From: Chlorokybus atmophyticus
Lineage: Eukaryota > Plantae > Mesostigma and Chlorokybus algae
Reading direction: 5' to 3'
DNA length: 12,288 bases
Assembly: GCA_009103225.1 (NCBI GenBank)
Contig: RHPI01001536.1
Coordinates: 1-12,288 of the forward strand
Shown: positions 1 through 7,830 of the stretch, in pieces
Position numbering within the stretch: position 1 is the first letter of the stretch
How the letters are laid out: every line of letters begins with the position of its first letter
The notes under the pieces: model-generated
What the model was told of the DNA's origin: nothing
The model's input: the letters and a program-made list of their open reading frames with translations, nothing else
Databases searched by the model: none
Made by a program: the position numbers and the translations under genes

Positions 1-940
1 TCCTTCTGCTGAGGGACCTGCACAAACATGTGTCAATGCTTGCAAACCAAATGCATGTGCATGCATCCAATCAGTGCTTGTGACAAAATGCATGCAAACT
101 CATCACTAGTGCAATGCAACGTGTGCTACCTGTGGTACAAGGAGCTGTACGTTTTCGGGAGAAGCGTCGTTGTGAGTCACTTCCATGCTTTCTGCCCCAC
201 ATGTAGTCAAGGTAAGCGCGCATAGGTCCATCAACGTTGCGATGCAGGCCAAGGGAGTCGAGATGGACGAGTAAAGGCGGCGTGTCACTTCCAAGTTGGC
301 CTCCAGGATTGCACACAAGCAGCAGACTCCAGTGAGTCCTGTGAACAATCAAAATAATTCCAGTTTGCAAATACAGCAGCAATTCAGCGAGATATTCTTG
401 GCGCTTATTCTCACCGCGTGTCTGGGTTGACAATCACTCCCAGCAAGTCCTTGGCAAACGGATCACTCTCCCACCTGTCTATCCTGTGATTGCTCGTGTG
501 CCAGTCATTTTGTCTATGGCAGCGCACGATCTTGGTGTAGAAATGCGGGTGGAACAGCTTCACCTGAATGCCATCTGCTCTGCCTAAGATTTCCTCTTCC
601 TTGTATCTGCATGTGCATCCCACGTACATATGAGATACACGAATAACACAGACGCAACAAATCACATACCTGCAAAAGAAGTGGAGGATGGTGTCATTGA
701 GCTCTTGTCTGCCATCCAGCAACCTCCTGTCCGTTTCAAGCACTGGCACCGCATCACGTGCACTTGCACTAGGGTAAATGAACAGTGGCTGCGGTGTTGA
801 CGGCTGCGGGTTGCTGACTGGATCGTCCAGCACCATCATATCATCATCGCTGCCCACGAGGTCCACAACTGCCGCAGCCGCCGTGGGTTGCTGATTATCG
901 CCCTCTTCGTCTTCATCGTCAACTTCCATCGTGACTGCCT
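1..940 (-). pseudogene. Ulp1/SENP-family (peptidase C48, SENP6/7-ULP2-like) SUMO protease domain; runs off the window; one frameshift
   Basis: Exons 940-670, 606-415, 338-130 and 17-<1. Motifs: LFIYP...AVPVLETDRRLL...ELNDTILHFF, FHPHFYTKI, RW..DPFAKD, HWSLLLVCNPG (catalytic His 332-334), LVHLDSL (Asp 257-259), VPQQK at the window edge. The catalytic Cys (expected in a DCG motif) lies beyond base 1. Frameshift near 160. Confidence 0.88.
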
Positions 941-1013
941 CTGCAGCCATAAATGGTTCAATTGGGCAAGAACCACAACGCAAATCAACAAGCTCAAGCA
1001 CACAGCAGCTTAC

Positions 1014-1707
1014 CATTGTTAGCCTCATCCCCACTCTCTTCAACGTGTTGAACCCCACTCTGCACAGGTTGTGAAACCCTACCGCAACTGCCCGGCAGAG
1101 AACGACGAGCAAGGCTCTCCCTTGGGAGCTGCGCTGGAGCACCACCTTCTTCGTACGCAGCGCATCGCGAGCACGTAACCTCAACCATGCTACCCACAGC
1201 GTGCCGTCGACAGAGGCTGTTTGGACACGTCGCGCAGACTTGAAAAGCTGCTTCGTTGCAGTATTTCACATGGCACCTGTGTTTTGGTTCAGTACAAGTG
1301 ATGATGGTTCTAGGAGTGAAGTTCCTCACAACAAGATGCCAAGCATTTGCTGCCATGAAGTCCACCTACTCATGCCTTGGGCACTCCCAATATTCATCCT
1401 CCACAGGTGGCATAGAGACACAGTGCGCGTGGTAGCTTTTCCAGCAACCTTCCACATCGCAGCTAGATATGGTGCCCCCATCCTTGCAGACAAAGCAGTA
1501 GTCTTCATGTTCCCGATGTTCCAACGCATGCAGCTCCAGTCTCGGTCTCATCCTGTGAACAAAGGTTCAGTGGCCAGGTCTACAGTCTCACAGTAGGGAT
1601 ATGAGGCATCACAATCGCAAACAGTACCTCTTGTACTCAAAATGCCAGTCGCGGCGTGTGGTCCATGACACCTCGCTCGAGGCGCTATTGGTTTCGCTTT
1701 GGGCACC
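1014..1707 (-). CDS. NSD-type PHD finger plus C5HCH zinc-finger exons (1707-1628, 1552-1370, 1276-1014), in frame with the transposase upstream and Ulp1 downstream
   Basis: Spliced translation HEDYCFVCKDGGTISSCDVEGCWKSYHAHCVSMPPVEDEYWECPRH-E-CHVKYCNEAAFQVCATCPNSLCRRH matches the C4HC3 PHD plus C5HCH spacing of NSD1/2/3 PHD5-C5HCH. Intron 1369-1277 is GTAGGT...CACAG, phase 2. Confidence 0.85.
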
Positions 1708-2806
1708 CTGCACCAAGTACACAAGATGGTTGTATGTGATGCCAAAACCCAGGATATATGAGGACATCCAGATTCTAATGGACAACGTTGTTAACTCTCC
1801 TCTTACCGGAGTGTCCCGGTGCATGCCTCGACGCATGAGACTGCGCCTGTCTTTAACAAGCGCTACTGTTACTTTGTTGTCATGGGGATCAATTCCCTCA
1901 AACCACTGGCCCTTGACCTGCCAGCAAGAAGGGATATTCATCAGCCATTTTCATACTACTATTTCGATTTACTATCATCACACCAAGCACACGCCAAAAT
2001 GATTGCAACACAGCCACTTACCAGGTTGCAATCAAGGTAAGTTTGTTCTGCAAAGCGGGGCTTGTCTTTTCTTAGGATTGCAAATCCTCCACTGTGCTGG
2101 ACGTGGTTGCTCATGTACCACCTAGCTCTGAGCAGCTGGTGCTCCCGACCAGCTATCACCACAACATCAAAAGATTGCACCCTGCCATACCAATGGATCT
2201 TCTTGGTTGTCATCTGAGTCACGCCCAACGGTAAACACGCCACAGTCGATGGTGCGGAGTTTCTTCTCCATTTCCTCTGCTCTGAACTGACCGATGTCCT
2301 TGTAGCGTGCTCTGAAGGATCGCTTGATGTACTTTGGAAAGATTGGACCGCTCAACAGCTCCATCTCGTGCTTTGTAAGCTCCCTAGCAGGTCCACGCCA
2401 GTGATGCAGCTCAGTCATATGCTCCATGTCCTTTGCCACGACATGTCCTTCTTTTTGAGCCCTTTCCCTTGCCATCCCGCGTTTGTTCACCTCCCGACTG
2501 AACTCTCTGTGTAGCAGCGACCCATAAATAAATCATACTGTCTGCGCGTTGGACATCACGTACAAAACAGCAACTCCCAAAGCAACTTACTCTTACAACA
2601 GCCTGTATTCATCATCATTCTCAGCCAACCACCACTCGAGCTCCTGCCTTGTCTTACTATCTTTATCCCCAACCTCAATACGGTGTCTCCGTCCGCAGAG
2701 CATATAGTCGTCATCATCTCGTTGCTTGCCCGATCGCAAACTGATGTCGGAGAAAAGTCGCTTCAAGGTGTCCATGTAAGTGTTCAGCATGAGCTGGATA
2801 GAGTAT

Positions 2807-2876
2807 CTGCAGATGCAACTGGCAAACAATGTGGAAAGTTTGCACGTAATTCTCAGTGGGCTCACACAAAACTTGC
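2807..2876 (-). other. Non-canonical GC-AG intron in the transposase
   Basis: AAAAG|GCAAGT...ATCTGCAG|A. It was the only donor found that gives the phase 2 needed to join ASICK-R-YSIQL. Length 70 nt, similar to neighbouring introns. Confidence 0.7.
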
Positions 2877-4914
2877 CTTTTGCAGATGCTTGCTTCCACA
2901 TGCTGCCTTGCAAATATCATGCGCTTCACCCACTGCATAAAGCGTTCATGTGCCCACTCCCAGTGGTCACGCGTCGGACCAAGCCACATGCACTGCTCTG
3001 GTAGATGGCCAAGGAGGTGCAGCATCATTGTGAGAGAAGTTGGCGGGAAGAACATCCACTTCAGACTGTGCCTCATGCACCAGCACCTGCACTAAGTAAT
3101 AAGCTATGCATGCCATAGGAGCTGGGCATGCAGAGTAAAGTGTTATTACAGCCAACCTTCAATTCTTCGAGGTGTGACTGCTTTACTTCCAATGCAGTCA
3201 GCCGTTGATAGATGTCGCATAGTTTGAAGATGGTTCTCTTCTGATCTTCTCCAATGTCGTGTGCAGAGCGCAGCACGTACTGAAAAACGACCGACCATAA
3301 GTTGTGCTTGTCGTGCGATTTCATCGAGCCTGCATGCTCCATGTCAAAAGTTGTCCATGCATGGAGAATCATTGCTTTAGCGTAAACACAAAACATATAA
3401 CGGCTATCTCACCTAAATGCTTTGTAAAAGACTGCAGTTTCGAGCCGAAAGTGCTTGAAACCCTCACGCCGGAGAGCAATTGCTCAACCAGTCCTACATT
3501 TGTGATTGTCCATGGAGCCTGGGGTTTTACCTTGACTGCGCCTTCCTTTCCATCCTTCATCTTCATCTCTGTCTGCAGCACATAGGTTCAAGTCCTTGGT
3601 TAAATCCAACTGTGGCACATGTCAACGAGGCCGACTACATACGTACCTCTAGCCAGAGTTCAGGCATGCGGCCTTGCTGCTGCAGATGTTCTCGTGATTT
3701 GATGCTGTCGCGCAAGCCAGCTAGGAGATTTGCAAAGTTGGTTGCCAGGTTGGCAAAAATGTGCATAGGGCCAACCACATGACCTTTGACAGATTTTTGT
3801 AACGGTAGCCAATATGGAAGGTCGTGAAAACAGCTCAGTCCAAGGATGCCGGAGGTCTTTGAAGGATGTCTCTTGGAGTGCAGTGGACGCTTGCTGTTGC
3901 GAGATGTCATAGCATACCTGATCACATGGCATCCATTGCTGACATACCTATGTTCTGCAACCGAATGCGCAATCAACTGAGATTGCTCACCTGTACACGC
4001 TCTCTGCAGTCCGCATGGGTGGTGGAGGTCTGTGTTCTGGTTGCGGTCAACGCTCATCAACTCTGTAAGGATGGTCATCCGGTAGGTACCGGCGGTGGCC
4101 TTGATAGATCACCTTTTTGAGAAGTTCCACATGTTCTCCACTGCACTCGCACTTTGAACAGCCAAAGATGGCTCCATGCGCCATCTGCAAGGCAGCTTTT
4201 GCCAGAGCTGCGCAACCAACATGATGTACTTCATCAGCCACAACCATGGTTGCAAGGACAGTCCGATATACAGGTACAGTCAGACACTGATAACAGTAAG
4301 TGCAAACACTGCTGCTGCTTGCGTACCTGGGTAATCATGGATTACAATCTCCAGGATAGATCTGCAACGGAAAACTGCGTCGCGGTGACTGTCATATATG
4401 TCTATACCTACAACAAATGCTAGCAGATTACGTGCCTCAGTCATGCGCATTTGTCAAGCATGACTGCAGTAATGGAATCTGCTTATCCTAGCTGCGTTGA
4501 AACCATACCTTCCCAGAGATCTCCCAACTGGTCAATAATTGGCTTGAGATAAGCCTGTAGATTCTCTGGCTGTTTGGGTCCAGGGATTACAGCAGCTAGA
4601 AATGTAGTGTCTGTCTTGTGCATCTTGGCAATGGGCAGGTTCAACACTGAGATTGTGACCACCCAAAACTCATAGTTCACTGCAACTCAACAAACCCTTT
4701 GCTGCCATTCGTACAGTTACACTGCAACGAGCATACAGGAAGAAAAATGCTCTTTTATACCTTTGTGCGGATCTTTGAACGGGCTCATCCCGTCGATGAA
4801 CATCGCTAGGCGCACATTGCGTGGTTCTTTGGCAAACCGGCTGTAGCGTTGTTCAGTGTCCTTGAACATTGGCGAGTCTGACAGCAGCAAGTACACCAAG
4901 GGCTTACGACCAAC

Positions 4915-5310
4915 TGCCCCAGCCCCACAACACATTCAAACATGCATACAATCGCAAGGCTGGATACTGAGGTCTTACATACCGCCCCAGCACCTCGCCG
5001 ACACACAAACAAACACAGGCAAGGACACCGAGGTCTTACATGCCGCCTCAGCGCCACGCCGACACACAAACAAACACAGGCAAGGACACCGAGGTCTTAC
5101 ATGCCGCCTCAGCGCCACGCCGACACACAAACAAACACAGGCAAGGACACCGAGGTCTTACATGCCGCCTCAGCGCCACGCCGACACACAAACAAACACA
5201 GGCAAGGACACCGAGGTCTTACATGCCACCTCAGCGCCACGCACACAAAAGCACAAGGCACGGACACTGAGGGCTTGCATTGGACTGCCCCAGCCGCTCA
5301 CCAACACAAT
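4915..5310. repeat. 61-bp minisatellite (about 4 near-perfect plus 2 degenerate units) inside a 480-nt transposase intron (5357-4878)
   Basis: Anchor GAGGTCTTACA recurs at 4969, 5030, 5091, 5152 and 5213 (period 61). Unit is approximately CACGCCGACACACAAACAAACACAGGCAAGGACACCGAGGTCTTACATGCCGCCTCAGCGC. There are no unique spacers. Confidence 0.95.
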
Positions 5311-6775
5311 CATGCACACAGTCGTGCCTCATTTACCACTGAACTTGGCAATGTTACCGTGTATAGATCGCATAATCCCATCCTGACTTCGATTTGTGTG
5401 CGCCATCATCTCCGCAGCAACACTAGGTTTTAGGTACAGAGCCCTCAGCGCAGCAGGCACGTCAAAGTAACGCCCAATCTTCCATGCAACTTGTCTACCT
5501 CCTATGTTGCGGTAGCGAGGGGCCTTGCAGACTGCATAAGCAAGTCGTATGCTGATGGGACATGCTAATCAAATCCCATTGTAGTGAACATTTGCAACAA
5601 TTGCTCACCTTTGCAAAGTATCCTGTTGACATGCCAACAGGCATCATATGTGTGGAAGCCCATGTTGAGGCCTTCAAGGCATTTCAATAGCTCGTGCATG
5701 CTGCCTGGCATCTTATTCTCCTTAGGCAAGAGGATGCCACGCAACAACCTGGCACACAGAAACACATCAGTTCTGAACAGGCTGATGTTTCAGCAGTCAG
5801 CAGTGTAATTTGCCCACCAACCTGAGCAGTTTATTCATGAAATTGAAGGGTATTCGATGTAGCTGCGCCAGAACCAATAGCAGCATGGAAATGCCTAGAG
5901 GGGTTGTACGAGAGCCGAAAACAACAGGGTTGCTTGCATTATCCAGCAACGCAGCATTCACCTTGTCAAGTAGCATGGCATCATCAACGCATTTAGCCTC
6001 GTCTGGCTGCGATTCCACATCGGTTTCATAGTCTTGGTCTTCGCCGGCAACATCACCTTGCTCCGCATCACCTTGCTCCGCATCGATTTGCTCAGCAGTG
6101 GAGGTGCAGTGCACTGGCGTCTCAGGCTCTACTTGTCCATTCGTGGATTTGGTTCTGGCACCTTGATGCTCTTGCAATGTAGCATTCTAAATTCCACAAA
6201 ATGCTGGGTGAGATCCGCATTGTTCTCCATAAGCACATTGTCCTTCATGAGCACACAGATTACAACCTGCCAGCTGCAATGAGTCTAATGGCACATGAAC
6301 AATGAGAGGCACAGCATCAGCAATGTCAACATGCCACGCAAGTCAGGTCGTACCTGCTGGTTGCAAGTTGGCTGCAACATTGAAAGGAGATTCAACACTC
6401 GGTTGCAACGGCGTGCCTGTGTCAACATGTTCAGTAGCGTCGTTCCCAACTAGCAATTGTTCGGTGTCATGGAGAGCTTCACCTGGGGCAAGCCAGATCA
6501 ATGATCAGACAGCCTGTTGTATGGCTTCACAGCTGTAGAGAAGTTGCTCTTGTACCTGACGACATGTGTAAGGATGCAGCAGCAACAGCAGCATCAGCTT
6601 CTTCAAGTTCATGGGGTTGTAGTCGATCACGGTATTCAGGAGCAACAGCTTATGGAGTGCCACACCACATGTTTTTGCCAAAGTTTTCATGATATTCAGC
6701 CCTTCTAATGTGGTTGTGTGTGAACACTTTGCTCCCTTTGCAGTCGCGGCAAAAACACCTGCGAAAGTAGCTCAT

Positions 6776-7065
6776 GCTACAAACATCAAAAGAAGTCAGC
6801 CAACATACTGCAAGCAACTTCCAATCAACTTCCATACAGCCAAAGCAAAGACCTGCAGGCACGCTGCCGCCGCTGACACCGCCGCCGTCGCCACCGTCAT
6901 GACTGCCTACCGTAAATTAAGGGTTTAGGACACATCTAATCCCGATTCAAAACAAGCCAGAAAGTCAATCCGGATATGCTCCACAATTTGCGTACATGCT
7001 CCTTTTCTTCTTCCGTCCAGTGCATTAGCTTCTAGGGTTTGTGTGCCAGGTAGCGTGGCGCCAGC
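6776..7065. promoter_or_regulatory. Putative bidirectional promoter / 5' UTR region between the divergent transposase and Tudor-MTase genes
   Basis: Only about 120-290 nt separate the transposase ATG (6775, minus) from candidate plus-strand starts (ATG 6899 in a GCCGTCGCCACCGTC-ATG context; ATG 7066). No defined promoter motif was identified. Confidence 0.35.
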
Positions 7066-7458
7066 ATGCGCGGCGTCAAAGTGTGTAGCTTCTGCAAAGC
7101 ATACTTGGTTAGGAATGGCAACAACAGACGTCTGCAACAGCATGAAGAGAAGTGCAAGCTGTACAGTGAGCAGTATGGCTTCTATGAAGCCTGCTGGCAC
7201 CACAAGGCAAGGGGGGACAATGTGAGGCAATGCAGACTGCTGGCACAATGCATGAGGCCAGATTTCTTTTGAAAGGAGTGCACTTGCCTGCAGTGCTTGC
7301 TTTCCAAGTTTGAGTGGGACGGCGAGCCCATGAATCACCTGCCTTGGGCACGGCCTGGAGCATATCACGATGGGCAGATGTGCAATGTGGTTCGACGTCA
7401 GCTCGTGCGCAACGGTCGCGGCAAGTCCACGGTAATCGAAGACGATGTCAACAACAGG
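7066..7458 (+). CDS. Probable 5' exon of the Tudor-MTase gene: Cys/His-rich putative C2HC zinc-binding region with one in-frame TGA (7270-7272)
   Basis: CSFC-x15-H-x3-C followed by CWHH, C-x5-C and CTCLQC. The same frame stays open from 7273 to 7458 and ends at a strong donor AGG|GTGAGT, in phase 0 with acceptor CCAAAG|GGG at 7531/7532. The true start is uncertain; an in-frame ATG at 7330 follows the stop. Confidence 0.5.
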
Positions 7459-7531
7459 GTGAGTTGAACTGTCCTTGCAAACAGCAAAACAGCGCTTGCA
7501 TGCATGACCAACTTACTCTTGAATGCCAAAG

Positions 7532-7830
7532 GGGAACGCGGTTGTCGACGATGTCGCGACACTGGCTGCTTGGCGGAAGGAGATTGTTGATGAGGGGCAG
7601 TCTTTGGTAGCATGCCGCGTTGTGGTGTACTGGCCAGGAATGAGCTCCTGGTATGCAGGCCACATCATCACTTTTGATGCCAACACAGGTATACTGCAGA
7701 GTATTTACATGCGCACGCTCATGCAAGCACCGGCTCAGGCAAACATGTGGCTCAGGAAAACATACCATCAAGTACGACGATTTCGTTGAGGACCCACGGC
7801 TGCACCACATCTTGATAAAGAACTGGAACA
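7532..7830 (+). CDS. Tudor domain (plant MSH6/PDS5-like) split by intron 7689-7755 and fused in frame to the MTase
   Basis: Spliced translation GQSLVACRVVVYWPGMSSWYAGHIITFDANT-G-KHTIKYDDFVEDPRLHHILIKNW matches the Tudor pattern VxVYWP-x4-WYxGxIxxFDxxTGKHxIxYDD. Donor ACAG|GTATAC and acceptor GGCTCAG|GA are both phase 1. Confidence 0.82.

Larger units (their letters stand above)
1807..6775 (-). pseudogene. CACTA/EnSpm (TnpD-like) transposase, multi-exon, disrupted
   Basis: Manually spliced exons: 6775-6556, 6482-6354, 6266-5822, 5748-5609, 5531-5358, 4877-4761, 4679-4509, 4407-4327, 4207-3991, 3917-3647, 3572-3413, 3329-3157, 3086-2877, 2806-2591, 2506-2022, 1917-1807. Family motifs: CFCRDC (transposase-associated), LLPKENKMPGS, CKVCKAPRY, DSPMF...FAKEPRNVRLAMFIDGMSPF, VIPGPKQP, HDYPAL, CSKC, GHRRYLPDDHPYR, LPYW...PMH, MKSHD, FFPP...MLHLLGHL...GP...WEWAHERFMQWVK (DUF4218-like), DCGVF...WYGRV...RARWY (DUF4216-like). 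DDE candidates are D 4792-4794, D 4334-4336 and E 2945-2947. Lesions: stops at 6650-6652, 6187-6189, 4047-4049 and 2593-2595; frameshifts near 3055 and 2194. Confidence 0.93.

Noticed and set aside
4047-4049. Selenocysteine read-through at in-frame TGA codons (also 7270-7272)
   Set aside because: Neither position aligns to a catalytic Cys and no SECIS was recognised. Simple nonsense mutation is more parsimonious.
4915-5310. CRISPR-like array
   Set aside because: Units are contiguous and near-identical with no unique spacers, no cas genes are present, and the array sits inside a spliceosomal intron.
4806-5433. ORF-track ORFs of 76-176 aa over the minisatellite
   Set aside because: They are by-products of a stop-poor 61-bp repeat lying in an intron of the opposite-strand gene.
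6051-6084. 15-bp tandem repeat (EQGDA x2), and a 16-bp tandem repeat at 9710-9737
   Set aside because: Short local slippage duplications in low-complexity or non-coding sequence, with no evidence of function.
2593-6652. Alternative genetic code (TAA/TAG = Gln, as in some ulvophytes) explaining the internal stops
   Set aside because: Only 3 TAR codons appear in about 1,500 codons while CAA/CAG are common. In-frame TGA (4047, 7270) and three frameshifts would remain unexplained. It cannot be fully excluded without genome-wide data.
7653-7755. ATG 7653 as the start of a 346-aa MTase
   Set aside because: The first ~35 residues are an off-frame reading of the Tudor exon plus intron 7689-7755. 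The spliced model restores a complete Tudor motif.
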